DNA of 52,190 nt, taken from assembly GCA_008369845.1 (NCBI GenBank), contig MRSU01011486.1:1-52190 (forward strand). Reading direction: 5' to 3'. Shown piece by piece: positions 9,556 to 19,820 of this stretch. Both the position numbers and the translations under genes were made by a program. Under the pieces are notes generated by a model that was given only the letters and a program-made list of their open reading frames with translations, searched no databases and had not been told where the DNA came from. Numbering within the stretch: the stretch's first letter is position 1; every line of letters begins with the position of its first letter. This DNA is from Trichomonas gallinae (lineage: Eukaryota).

Positions 9556-11472
9556 ATGCTGAAGTACACCGACGTATATCGGCCGTCGAGGTACAAAGAC
9601 GAGCGGAGTCTCCGCTGTAGAGTGTTGGGTGCTACATATGATAATAAGATGTTAGTGCTCGTCAATACTTCTTCTCAGACATCTGTCGAAGAAGTATCTG
9701 CTGAAGGAAACTCGACAACTGTCATTTCATTTAAAAAATATATTGACATCGTCAGCGCGCATCTTTCTGAGGACCATGAGCTATGCCATCTCACTGAAAG
9801 AGTTCCATCTCCGAAAGGTTTCACGTTTATCTCAACGATTTATCACATTTTTGGTAATGTGAAAAGTAAGGAGATACAAAATGATTCGCCAATAACGGGA
9901 TTTTTCCTACCTATAACAAATAATAACATTTATCAAATGATACATGTAATCGGAAACAGGCTAACTCATCTGAAAATTACGTTGTCAAAAAAATCAATTG
10001 AAATGGAAAAGCTGCGAGGAGGCATTCATATACCTAGTCTCATATCTTATCATTTTGATTACAATTCATGCATGTTAACAATAATTTACGCACATGATAG
10101 AGCTATGCTACTATCAGTGTTTAACATGCTGTCACCCACATTTGAATCTGAGCCCGCTGCTCATATAAATGTCATGCAAACATCAAAATTACCGAATGAG
10201 CTGGCTTTAAATCCTCAAGCACATCTCCATTTACCTTACTTTAATAATGCCAATAATCGCTTTTACGTTTTCTCGCATAATTCGAAGTATTGTGTAATTC
10301 AACAGCTTTTCAACGGCCCAGAAACACATTTATCATTTTGCGTATCTACATATCCACAGACATTCAACCATATTATCAATGCGCCTAACATTCCTTCAGA
10401 TGTTCCGCTTTGTTTCGCGAGATTCGAATCAATTGTTATCGTTTTTGTGCCAAACAACTATATATGCGCGATTGATGCATTTCTATCACCACCATCGATT
10501 ACAGTTTTACCGAAAATTCTTGCCAGTTCCTTCTGTAGCATTTGTTCGTCAACATTACCTATCGAAAATCAAATTGTTGACTTAGATTCTGGTTCTATAT
10601 TCAACATAGAGCTCAGTTTCGCCAGTCTTGCACCATACGCCTCAGCTCTTGACCAATCTACATGGTATTCGTTCGCATTGATTATTTTTCGCATCGGAAG
10701 GACTGATTACCTCGCTGAAATGCTTAATCTACTTGTTTTATGCAATGATATCGATACTGTACAGACATTTATCAATGCTTTATTATCGAATTATTCGATG
10801 CCGAGCAGATTCGGTCGTGTCGCCGTTAGGTCGAGATCTGGCGCCATATTCAATAATCCAGGAAAGAATTTCATACCACAAAGGCCAATTTCAAACCCAT
10901 CATTCAGAGCCGCTCTTAGAATGAGCTACAGAGAAGAAATTGAAGAAATAGAGCTTGAATTTCCTTCGTGTGGTGTCATTTCAAGAAAGAAAGCATTCAG
11001 AAGAGCTGTAAAAGCAATGATAGAGAAAAAAGGTTCCAACCAAATCGACATAGCTGCCAAGAAAGCGATAAATTTTCTGAAGAAACAGAACGAGGCAGCT
11101 TTAGTTATTCGCGATGCAATTGATTTATGGATTAAGAATTATAATCCTGACGATTTCTGGAAAATGACCATCATGTTTGTATTGCAAAATGAGGCCACAT
11201 TCCAATCCTTCCCTTTCATCCCTTGTTTGAAAGAAGAACTTGGTCAACTTGGAGATTCTCTTTGTTCGAAGCCAATGAGGCAGAAATTTGAATCAGCAGG
11301 TGTAATGCCACCATCAGAAGATCCCGGTCCTGACTCATATTATTGGAAAGACAGAATGAATCTAACTGGAAGTACCAGCAGTGATTCAACAATCACAACT
11401 TCGTCGCGTGTATTTCATAGACGTGATGGATCGGAAGAAGTTGTTAAAAGTTTTAATAGAGATGATTATTGA
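9556..11472 (+). CDS. GSAP/Pigeon-like protein (beta-rich N-terminus, helical C-terminus); paralog of 37230..39197
   Basis: 638 aa. RVLGATYDNKMLV, VISFKKYIDIVSAHLSEDHEL, YHFDYNSCMLTIIY and FESIVIVFVPNNYICAID fall in the same order as segments of animal GSAP as I recall them. Confidence 0.6.
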   Translation: MLKYTDVYRPSRYKDERSLRCRVLGATYDNKMLVLVNTSSQTSVEEVSAEGNSTTVISFKKYIDIVSAHLSEDHELCHLTERVPSPKGFTFISTIYHIFGNVKSKEIQNDSPITGFFLPITNNNIYQMIHVIGNRLTHLKITLSKKSIEMEKLRGGIHIPSLISYHFDYNSCMLTIIYAHDRAMLLSVFNMLSPTFESEPAAHINVMQTSKLPNELALNPQAHLHLPYFNNANNRFYVFSHNSKYCVIQQLFNGPETHLSFCVSTYPQTFNHIINAPNIPSDVPLCFARFESIVIVFVPNNYICAIDAFLSPPSITVLPKILASSFCSICSSTLPIENQIVDLDSGSIFNIELSFASLAPYASALDQSTWYSFALIIFRIGRTDYLAEMLNLLVLCNDIDTVQTFINALLSNYSMPSRFGRVAVRSRSGAIFNNPGKNFIPQRPISNPSFRAALRMSYREEIEEIELEFPSCGVISRKKAFRRAVKAMIEKKGSNQIDIAAKKAINFLKKQNEAALVIRDAIDLWIKNYNPDDFWKMTIMFVLQNEATFQSFPFIPCLKEELGQLGDSLCSKPMRQKFESAGVMPPSEDPGPDSYYWKDRMNLTGSTSSDSTITTSSRVFHRRDGSEEVVKSFNRDDY

Positions 11473-11955
11473 ATTATTTTCTTATAAATTGTTTGTTGTT
11501 ATAAATATTCATAATAGAATTATCCATGCAATTATTTTCAGATAGTTTCCCTAATCATTTCTGCATTTTTGAAAATTGAAAAAATGATATTTTTTATAGT
11601 CAACTAAAAATGCATTTTGTCGAAAAATGGTGCAATATTTCATCTTGTATATAGGATACAATTATGCTAAATACTTGTACAAAGAAATACTCTCTGATCA
11701 AAGCTCATTTTTATCTATTCATTGAAGAGATAGAAGTGATTTTCTCATATCGAGGAATATGGAAAATGAGAAAACGAAAAAATATTTATAAAAAATGATG
11801 AATTTTGTTTGATTTTATGTTAAAATCTAAAAATTATAAAAAATTAAATCGATGAATTTAGAATATTTTACGGATATTACGCATATATGCAATGATAAAA
11901 ATTTCATAGCTGTTTGACACTTTACAAAAAGATTTGACAAAAAATTACGTTATAG

Positions 11956-13602
11956 ATGACTGACCCTGAGTCCGAGGTTTTCCCAACAGCTCTTCACGAA
12001 GCAGTTGTTGGCGAAATTAAGGACGTGTTCGGAAACAAGGAATCTAACAACCCAACGAAACCAGAAGAACATCCAGACGCGACAAATTCTGATAAACAAA
12101 AGACACCGGAAAAGGAAACGAATAATAACGCAGAAACCATACAAGGCGAAAATGCTGATGCTAAAAATAACGATACTAAAGAATCATCAAATAACGTTCA
12201 AAACGAATCTGCCGATACGCCACAGAAACCAAGCGAAAAACAATCACATTCGAATAGTACACACGACTCTCCGCGAAATAACGAAGAAGTTTCAAAGGAA
12301 CAAGAAAATAAAAACGAAGATCTACAAAACGACAACGATGAATCGATGGGACTCAGCAATATCATCAAAGACAAGCTCGATGACAAGACTGACGAACTTG
12401 GAGGCGAAGAAGAGGAGAAAAAGGAAAAACCTCAAAAACGCCGACAAGAAGAAGAAGAAAAGAAAGAAAAGCATGTCGAAAAGCGTACAGAGTCGCCAAA
12501 GAATGAAGCGGCACCGAAAAAGGAAATTCCAAAGAAATTAACTTACGTTCAAGAACAACAAAGAATTCCCGAGAGAATTCGCATGAATAAATACGTAGCA
12601 CGTAGAACTAACACTTATTGTTTTACAAATACAACAATTCCACGAGCAGCTGCGACAACTCATTCTGAGTATCGCTCAAAATCAAATGAAGTTGAACTTG
12701 ATGAATACACACAAGCTGTTCTCAACAAAAATGAGCCAGAGGAAGATCCAACGATCGAACAACTCAAAGCAACGGCTTCTCAATTGAGAAGACTCGAACA
12801 GCAGAAAATTAACGAACAAAAATACGCAGAAGCTTCTAAAGCATCTGATGCAAATGAGTATATCAACCGTAAAATGGCTCATACTCAGCAATTTAATTCC
12901 TCGAAAGAATATATTCAAGATTTAATCGCTAAACGTAACGAACTTGCAGCACTTCTCGAATACATTGAAAAAAAGTATGATAAAGACTTAGAAACACAAC
13001 AACAACAAAACGACGAAAGATTGCAACAAATTGTACAGCAACAACAGCAAGAACTCGAAGAATTCGATGCTAATGTTCCTACAGAATTACAGCCTCTTTT
13101 CAAGCGCAATTCTGTTACATATTGGAAATTAAGAAGCGAAGAAAAGAATTTAGCTATTAACAAGCAATTTGACGAAGCTATTAAGAAGAAGGCGAAGGCT
13201 GATCAGCTACAGAAGATCGAAGATCAGCAAAATCTTGAGAAAATGACAGATTATTACAATAATAAGAGAGTGAAGTTGTTAGAATTACACGATAAGGCAA
13301 TCAGCAACTTCCAGCTCAATGCAGATGCAAGAATATTCAGAATAAAGGCGGAAAAGAAGAAGGCAATGGCTCCAATGCAAACAAGATGCCAAATGATCGA
13401 AAGATTGGTGGAGAAACTATGTGCCAAGAAGGGAATCAGGGCAAAGCACCTCGATTTCGAGCAAGTCGATGAGGATAGAGTTGAAATGTTGAAGAAGACA
13501 GAATTAGAAGGAATTCTAATCCCAAAGAGATCGTCAACTTCAATGAGCTGCCGAACAGCACCAATCCACAAGCCAAAACTTCAGCAATCTTCGAAAGTTT
13601 AA
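11956..13602 (+). CDS. Coiled-coil hypothetical protein with acidic low-complexity N-terminus
   Basis: 548-aa ORF. Q/E/K-rich heptads in the C-terminal half (ELEEFDA...LRSEEKNLAINKQFDEAIKKKAKADQL). Confidence 0.8.
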   Translation: MTDPESEVFPTALHEAVVGEIKDVFGNKESNNPTKPEEHPDATNSDKQKTPEKETNNNAETIQGENADAKNNDTKESSNNVQNESADTPQKPSEKQSHSNSTHDSPRNNEEVSKEQENKNEDLQNDNDESMGLSNIIKDKLDDKTDELGGEEEEKKEKPQKRRQEEEEKKEKHVEKRTESPKNEAAPKKEIPKKLTYVQEQQRIPERIRMNKYVARRTNTYCFTNTTIPRAAATTHSEYRSKSNEVELDEYTQAVLNKNEPEEDPTIEQLKATASQLRRLEQQKINEQKYAEASKASDANEYINRKMAHTQQFNSSKEYIQDLIAKRNELAALLEYIEKKYDKDLETQQQQNDERLQQIVQQQQQELEEFDANVPTELQPLFKRNSVTYWKLRSEEKNLAINKQFDEAIKKKAKADQLQKIEDQQNLEKMTDYYNNKRVKLLELHDKAISNFQLNADARIFRIKAEKKKAMAPMQTRCQMIERLVEKLCAKKGIRAKHLDFEQVDEDRVEMLKKTELEGILIPKRSSTSMSCRTAPIHKPKLQQSSKV

Positions 13603-13748
13603 TTTTTTATTGATTATTGTTTAATTTTTTGATATGGTTGTACTAAAAATAGAAAGATATGTTTAAATTTTATTCCTTTTCGAAATCAAAAACAGACAAC
13701 AAAAAAATTGGAGGTTTTTCTCCATTCGATCTGAAAATCAAAAAAGTG

Positions 13749-14170
13749 CCAACCCCCAAAATAATTAAAAATCTAAATTTAATATACACACTATTTCTTA
13801 TTTCTATTTTCATTAACAAAATAAAATTAAGGGGGAGGAAAAGTTTACAATTCCCTATCATAAATAAAATCGTAAAATGGTATACACATTCGATATACTT
13901 TTTAAATATACCAACAATGAGAAATATAGGGGAAGAATCAAAATTTTGAAAATCAGACCCCGGTAAAATTAAAAATTTAAATATAGAATGTGCATGTTAT
14001 TTTAATTTAGAAATTACATACTATAAAAATTAAAGGGGGAGAAATTTCCCATAAAATAAATTTTTGTGAATTAAATCAATGTCAAACCCCCAAATAAAAT
14101 CTTGACAATACAAAATCATATATACACAACTAACATGCTGAAAATCATAATAAGAAATTATAAAGGGGTT
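13749..14170. repeat. Degenerate ~100-130-bp tandem units, each bounded by a C-run and a G-run
   Basis: C-runs at ~13753, 13853, 13958 and 14087 are each followed ~77-78 nt later by G-runs at ~13831, 13929, 14035 and 14165. Units share TATACACA and AAATTA(A)AGGGG. Confidence 0.55.
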
Positions 14171-14414
14171 GGCTCTCACAAAATTAAAGTTGATTGTAAA
14201 TTTTTCTAAATTTTACGATTAATTTCAATTGAAATTTTCTACAGCAATACTCTTATCATTGTCTGCCTTAATCATTATCAATGCATTACAACAATCCTTC
14301 AAAAGTGTCACATTTTTCCGATTCTGAGAGATATCAATAATATATAAATGTATAATATATACAATATAAAAAACAACTTTTTCCAATCTCTAACGTTCAA
14401 TTTTTTTTCGTGAG

Positions 14415-15845
14415 ATGGAGCAAAAGGAGCTCTTCGGGCCTGACTGGAGAATCATCAATAAGCTCGGCGAGGGTTCCTTTTCCGAGGTATTTAAAGTCAA
14501 ATCAATGAAGAATCAGCAATATTACGCGATCAAAATGTTGAAGAAAAGATTTCGATCAGTGGAAGAAGTAAATAGACTTCCTGAAATAATGAGCCTAAGG
14601 GCACTGGAAGGTAATCCTAACATAATAAGATTAGAAGAAGTATTATTTGACTCAAAGCATAACTGTCTCGCGTTAGTATTCGAATTACTTGACGAGAACT
14701 TGTTTGAATTCACCAGGGATCACAAAACACCGCTGGACGAGAAAACATCACTACTTATCATCTACCAATTATTAAAAGCATTGGCAGCGATGCACGCGAA
14801 AAACTTATTCCACCGCGACATAAAGCCAGAAAACTGCATGATAAACAAGGACTCTTTCGAATTGAAGCTTGCCGATTTTGGAAGTGCGAGAACAACATCA
14901 GATACAGGTCCGTTCACCGAATACGTCGCAACTAGATGGTACAGGGCACCAGAGTGCATCTTGACATCCGGTTCCTATGGCCCAGCTGTTGATATTTGGG
15001 CTGTTGGGTGTATTTTGTATGAGATTATGACTAATAGACCGCTATTCCCAGGAAAGCATCAGCTAGATCAGATTGCAAGAATCCATAATATTCTTGGCAC
15101 ACCAGGACGCGATGTTTTAACACAGTTTAAACAAAATCCAAATTCTCAGATAAACTATGCGTTTCCATTCAGAGTTCCACAGGGATTTAAGAACCTCTTG
15201 CCAAATGCTTCCGAAGGCATAATTGATCTTCTCTCACAATTACTTGTATACGATCCAAATAATCGTATCTCAGCGGCAGATGCATTACAGCACCCTGTCT
15301 TTGATGCCATAAGAAAGCAAGACAAGATTTATCAGTCAACGAAGACAAATATTCCGTTCTCAGCTTTCTTTTTAATGCATCAATCACAGAAAACAATAAA
15401 GAACAACTTCGATGTCATGCCAACAGCCAATGATGAAGCCTCGCCACTTGGAACACCAATTACCTTCATCCAACAGGTCGTAATGAGCCAAGTAGAAGAA
15501 CATAAGCAAGAATCGTCATCGAATCTCGAAAACATCAACAATTTCAACACCAATAATTACCCATCCACAAAAATTAACATTATTGAGCCGAAACACACAA
15601 TTCAACAATCAAATTTGATGGATTCGAGAAAATTGACGATAGAAAGGATTAAAGCTTATAATCAGCAACATCCTTCAAAGGTTAACCCGATTCAAAGCAG
15701 AAAGCATCAGCCTCCGTCTTTACACTTCGGAATGCCGAAAGTCGTAAAACCGGCCATTTTGCCTCACATTACGATCAACCCTTATCAGAAGCCCTCGGCT
15801 GATGTTATCAAACCGCGAATGCAAAAGATTCGTTTTGATTTATAA
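14415..15845 (+). CDS. CMGC protein kinase, RCK family, MOK-like
   Basis: GEGSFSEV, AIK, HRDIKPEN, DFG, T-loop PFTEYVATRWYRAPECILT. The MOK-like FRSVEEVNRLPEI is present. Confidence 0.92.
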   Translation: MEQKELFGPDWRIINKLGEGSFSEVFKVKSMKNQQYYAIKMLKKRFRSVEEVNRLPEIMSLRALEGNPNIIRLEEVLFDSKHNCLALVFELLDENLFEFTRDHKTPLDEKTSLLIIYQLLKALAAMHAKNLFHRDIKPENCMINKDSFELKLADFGSARTTSDTGPFTEYVATRWYRAPECILTSGSYGPAVDIWAVGCILYEIMTNRPLFPGKHQLDQIARIHNILGTPGRDVLTQFKQNPNSQINYAFPFRVPQGFKNLLPNASEGIIDLLSQLLVYDPNNRISAADALQHPVFDAIRKQDKIYQSTKTNIPFSAFFLMHQSQKTIKNNFDVMPTANDEASPLGTPITFIQQVVMSQVEEHKQESSSNLENINNFNTNNYPSTKINIIEPKHTIQQSNLMDSRKLTIERIKAYNQQHPSKVNPIQSRKHQPPSLHFGMPKVVKPAILPHITINPYQKPSADVIKPRMQKIRFDL

Positions 15846-15975
15846 TTTTTTGTTTGTAATTTTAAAACTGTTATTCATTTCTTTAAATGCGTATTTGCAA
15901 ATTAGCTCATTTTTACCAAAATAAATAAAAATAATTGAGTTTTTGCGAAAAATATTCTATAAAATTCTATTTTAT

Positions 15976-17136
15976 TTACTCAACAACTGTAAAGAATGGA
16001 TCAACTGAAGGCTTATCTTCCTTCTTATTCTGCTTTTCTTTCACTGGCTTCTCTTTCTTTGGCTTATTCTCATTCTTTGGTTTTTCTTTCTTTTCAACAA
16101 CTTCTTCCTTCTGTTTCTCGTTTCTCCACTTCTTTGCTGCAGATTCTCTAATGATTCCTTTCTTGATTTGTTCAACAGATTTCGCTTTAGCGGTTTTTCC
16201 TTGTAATTCGGCCTCTCTGACTTTCCTCTTTTCTTCTTTAAGGCGCTCTTTGACTTCTTTGTAGTCTCCGCCGTATTTTCCTTTTAATATTTTTTCTGTC
16301 TGTTCTTTCTTCTCAACATACTTAGGGTGATCAACTGAGTAGTGGCTCTTCTTCGGTTTAACACGCTTTGAGTTGTATTCATTGATTGTTGGAATTTCTG
16401 CTAAAATCTTTTCCTTCAGTTCATCTGGTTTGTCGCCTTCAATTGGATTTCCAGCGATGTTGAAGTTCTTCAATTTCAGTCCAACAACGTTTTGGAAGTC
16501 TTCGTACTTAGCAATTTGGTTTTTCGCGATTTCAAAGTGTGAGAGTTTCTCTAATGACTTGATTGACTCTGGAATAACAGATATTTTGTTACCATTCAAT
16601 AGTAATTGGTTCAATTCAACGAAACCAGTGAGATCTGGGAAGGTTTCGATATTATTGTGTCCAAGATTGAGATTTGTAAGTTTTGATAACGCAGATGCAA
16701 ATGTTACTGTACTAATCATATTCTTTGATAGTGTAATTGTGTTAATTTCTGGGAAAATTGAAAAATCCGGAAATTCTTCAAATTTATTCTCTGAAAGGAC
16801 AATTGATTTCAACCATGGACATTTAGCGACGCCACCAAAGCTGCTGATGCTGTTTTTGTTTGCAATAAAAACAGTTAATTTTTTCATTCCGCTTAAATCT
16901 GGCTGAATTTCTTCTATTTCATTCTCAGAGACATCGACATGTATTATATTTTCGCATTTTTCAAGTCCTTCGAGTGATTTAAGATGATTTTGTTTGAAGA
17001 AAACTTTTCTCAAGCCAACAAGTGTAGATAAGTCGCATAATCCCGTTAATTCCTTTCCATTGAACTTGAGCTCTGCAACTTCAGCCTCTGGTTTTCCTCC
17101 AGTGGCTTCATGTATTAATTCTGGGCTCAAAGACAT
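15976..17136 (-). CDS. SDS22-like leucine-rich repeat protein with Lys/Glu-rich C-terminus
   Basis: Tandem LxxLxLxxNxI repeats (LTNLNLGHNNI, LNQLLLNGNKI) and a cap GNPI...IPTINEYN. Inr-like TCACA at 17140-17144. Confidence 0.9.
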   Translation of the reverse strand: MSLSPELIHEATGGKPEAEVAELKFNGKELTGLCDLSTLVGLRKVFFKQNHLKSLEGLEKCENIIHVDVSENEIEEIQPDLSGMKKLTVFIANKNSISSFGGVAKCPWLKSIVLSENKFEEFPDFSIFPEINTITLSKNMISTVTFASALSKLTNLNLGHNNIETFPDLTGFVELNQLLLNGNKISVIPESIKSLEKLSHFEIAKNQIAKYEDFQNVVGLKLKNFNIAGNPIEGDKPDELKEKILAEIPTINEYNSKRVKPKKSHYSVDHPKYVEKKEQTEKILKGKYGGDYKEVKERLKEEKRKVREAELQGKTAKAKSVEQIKKGIIRESAAKKWRNEKQKEEVVEKKEKPKNENKPKKEKPVKEKQNKKEDKPSVDPFFTVVE

Positions 17137-17206
17137 GAATGTGACCTATCCCCTGAAAATTTTATTCCGCCCCTGCAAAATTTTATTTTATTTGTCAAAA
17201 TTCTAT

Positions 17207-17358
17207 TTTACACGACAAGTTATTATTTTACATGACATATGATTTTAATCAGATCTGACATGATTGTAATTTACATGACAAAAATATAATTACATGACAT
17301 ATTTAAAATTTACATGGCCAAAATATAATTACACGACAAAATATTACTTTACATGACA
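17207..17358 (-). promoter_or_regulatory. Array of seven TG(T/G)C(A/G)TGTAA-type motifs at ~20-nt spacing upstream of the LRR gene
   Basis: On the + strand, TTACA(T/C)G(A/G)C starts at about 17208, 17228, 17271, 17290, 17310, 17329 and 17349. Confidence 0.5.
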
Positions 17359-18268
17359 TATTGTTTAAAAAAAAAATCATCCAAAAACTCGGAAATCTTC
17401 AGGGATGATGTTGTATCGTAGCTATATCATATATCTATTACCAATGTGTATATTGATGCTACGTAATCAGAATGCCGATATTTTGTGCCCTACAGTTTTT
17501 CGATTACATTTTCCATCAACCAAAAACAGATCAACAAAATTATGTTGTAATTTTAAATGCATATTCAATGCCAATTATGTTTCAAATATGAAAAGTCGTC
17601 ATTAGCTAAATTTTGAGGAAAGTCCAATTCTTTATACTTTCTACATTTTGAGGCCAATATTGACGAATACATTTAAATATCATCACATACAATCATTCCC
17701 ACCATATGTTAACCCGATATGCCGATATTTCATAGATCAAAAAATCTCGGTTATTATTTTAAATGATATTAGGGAAACTGTACGTTGTAAATATGTTCTT
17801 TTGCTTTTTGGCTGTTATTTTATGATGTGTCATTTCTATCCGAAAATGAAAAAACAATTATAAGTGAACTGAAACCCATCACAAAAATTATTGCATAATA
17901 ATACTAATTTTATGTTATAGATCAATATTATGCTAATTTTAGAATTTGAAAATTATCGTTAAGTTCTCAAAAAATAAAAAAGCGTTTTTGTAAACTTATC
18001 AAAATTTCTTTCAAAAAATCCAATGTTGTAAATTTTTCAGAAAAACACTATACTAACAGAGATATTTCATAATATATTATAAAATTAAATTTGAAAGAAG
18101 AAATTGAAAATTTTGAAGCTATACGGGCGTGAAAGCACGAAAAAATGTTAAAAATCTAATCATATATTTTATTAAGGTATCTTTATTTTCAATTGAAATT
18201 AAATTTGAGTCGAAAATAATCGTTGGAAATAATTGAAATTTTCGTATCGGCAAAAGTGCCAAGTGAGT

Positions 18269-18273
18269 TCATT
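18269..18273 (+). promoter_or_regulatory. Initiator (Inr) element TCATT of the alcohol dehydrogenase gene
   Basis: TCATTTCTTCT-ATG matches the trichomonad Inr TCA(C/T)(T/A), a few nt before the ATG at 18280. Confidence 0.7.
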
Positions 18274-18279
18274 TCTTCT

Positions 18280-19464
18280 ATGAAGTGGCTCTGGACTAAC
18301 ACCACACAGGTAGGATTTGGTGAAAACGCTGTTGCTGATCACCTCGCCAAGTTTGTCACACCAAAGTCTAAAGTTCTTGTTACATTCGGCGGCGGATCAA
18401 TTGATAAGAATGGCGCACGCGATGACGTCACAAAGGCCCTCGCAGCCTTGGAGTGTGAGGTCAGATGGGAAGGTGGTATCCCACCAAACCCAGAATACGC
18501 ACGCTGTGTTGAAATCATCAAAGTTGTTCGCGAATGGAAACCAGATCTCCTCCTCGCTGTCGGTGGTGGCTCAACACTTGATGCTACAAAGTTCATCTCC
18601 GCTGGTGCTGCCCTCGATCCATCAATTGATCCATGGGATATCGTCGCTAAGCAGGTTTATCCAAAGTCATGCACTCCAATCGGCTCTGTCATGACACTCC
18701 CAGCCACAGGATCAGAGTGGAACTACAACTTCGTCATTTCTCGCCGCGCAACAAACGAGAAATTAGCTGGAGGCAACCAGGTCACATATCCAAAGTTCTC
18801 CCTCTTAGATCCAAAGTACACAATGACACTCCCACTCCGCCAGCTCAGGAACGGCCTTTATGACGCAATGTGCCACTGCATTGACCAGTTCCTTACTGGC
18901 CAGACAAACCCGATGATGGACAACTTCTGGATGTCTGTCATGCGCGAGCTCGTCGACATCTCAGGCGAGCTCCTCAAGGAGGGCTCATCACTCGAAGTCC
19001 ACGGAAGACTTATCAACGCCGCAACATTCGCCCTCAACTTCGTCTTCACACTCGGCAAGGAGAGCTGCTGGGGCATCCACATGATCGGCCACATGCTCAC
19101 AGCTGAGTACGGCATCGATCACGGCGCAACACTCGCAATGGTTACACCACACTGGCTCAGAATCTTCTTCAACGAGAGAAAGTACCTCCTCGCAAGATCT
19201 GCCGAGAGAGTCTTCGACATTCACAACGGCACTGACGACGAGAAGGCCAATGCTTTCATCGAGCGCCTCCAGAAGTGGATCCTCGAGATCGGCCACGTCA
19301 TGACAGTCAACGAGTACGAGCACATCACACACAAGGTTCAGCCAGGAGACCTCGAGAAGGTTACAAAGATGGTTATGGACTCAACAGGCGGCAAACCATT
19401 CGGCTGGCACAAGTGCGGCACAGAACAAGTCGTTCACGATATTCTCGCTAAGATTATCGTCTAA
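18280..19464 (+). CDS. Iron-containing NADPH-dependent alcohol/butanol dehydrogenase (YqhD/BdhA family), 394 aa
   Basis: FGGGSI, GIPPNP, AVGGGSTLDATK, TLPATGSE. Metal ligands DAMCH, WGIHMIGH and IDHG. The true start is the ATG at 18280 after the Inr, not the TTG at 18223. Strong C-ending codon bias. Confidence 0.95.
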   Translation: MKWLWTNTTQVGFGENAVADHLAKFVTPKSKVLVTFGGGSIDKNGARDDVTKALAALECEVRWEGGIPPNPEYARCVEIIKVVREWKPDLLLAVGGGSTLDATKFISAGAALDPSIDPWDIVAKQVYPKSCTPIGSVMTLPATGSEWNYNFVISRRATNEKLAGGNQVTYPKFSLLDPKYTMTLPLRQLRNGLYDAMCHCIDQFLTGQTNPMMDNFWMSVMRELVDISGELLKEGSSLEVHGRLINAATFALNFVFTLGKESCWGIHMIGHMLTAEYGIDHGATLAMVTPHWLRIFFNERKYLLARSAERVFDIHNGTDDEKANAFIERLQKWILEIGHVMTVNEYEHITHKVQPGDLEKVTKMVMDSTGGKPFGWHKCGTEQVVHDILAKIIV

Positions 19465-19499
19465 ATCTTTCGTTTTTTATTATTACAAATTCTCAATTT

Positions 19500-19820
19500 T
19501 TACAACACTCTTGAATATTTCATCAACATTCCAAGCATAAGATAAGTCTGTATTGTGATTTTATCTTTTGTGTTGAACGCTATTCCATGAACTGCGAGAA
19601 GAAAGATATTTTTATAATGATCTTCATATGAAGCTAATATTAAGGCTTCTTTGTTATTATTGTTTGCTGCGTTGACAACTTCATGATGATATTTCAATGA
19701 AGCATTTATCAAAGCTGTCCACTTCAAATGATCTTTATTGTTGGCATCAATTCTAGGAATATAAGTTTCATGATGGCCATATAATGAAGTTGATTTTGAA
19801 GAATAAATGAATCGTTGGAG
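19500..19820 (-). pseudogene. Ankyrin-repeat gene relic
   Basis: One frame reads SLYGHHET..IDANNKDHLKWTALINASLKYHHEVVNAANNNNKEALILASYEDHYKNIFLLAVHGIAFNTKDK. These are ankyrin units with internal deletions, no ATG start and an upstream in-frame stop. Confidence 0.6.

Noticed and set aside
3524..17136. Possible flagellar gene cluster (TMEM216-like, MOK-like kinase, LRR and coiled-coil proteins)
   Set aside because: Only two genes have family-level ciliary links, these families are abundant, and nothing in the sequence shows functional clustering.
17207..17358. CRISPR-like regular repeat array
   Set aside because: Repeats are ~10 nt with ~10-nt spacers, the context is eukaryotic and there are no cas genes.
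18223..18279. TTG-initiated N-terminal extensions in the ORF track (also 43393-43431 and 47803-47838)
   Set aside because: Eukaryotic genes. Downstream ATGs, two of them with an Inr, fit the family N-termini better.
18295..18309. ACTAACACCACACAG resembling the trichomonad intron 3' motif
   Set aside because: Branch-to-AG spacing is 3 nt too long. It lies in the conserved ADH N-terminus (WTNTTQV) just after an Inr-supported ATG, and no intron is needed.
18317..19332. Overlapping ORFs within the ADH gene
   Set aside because: By-products of high GC3 codon bias that reduces stops in other frames.
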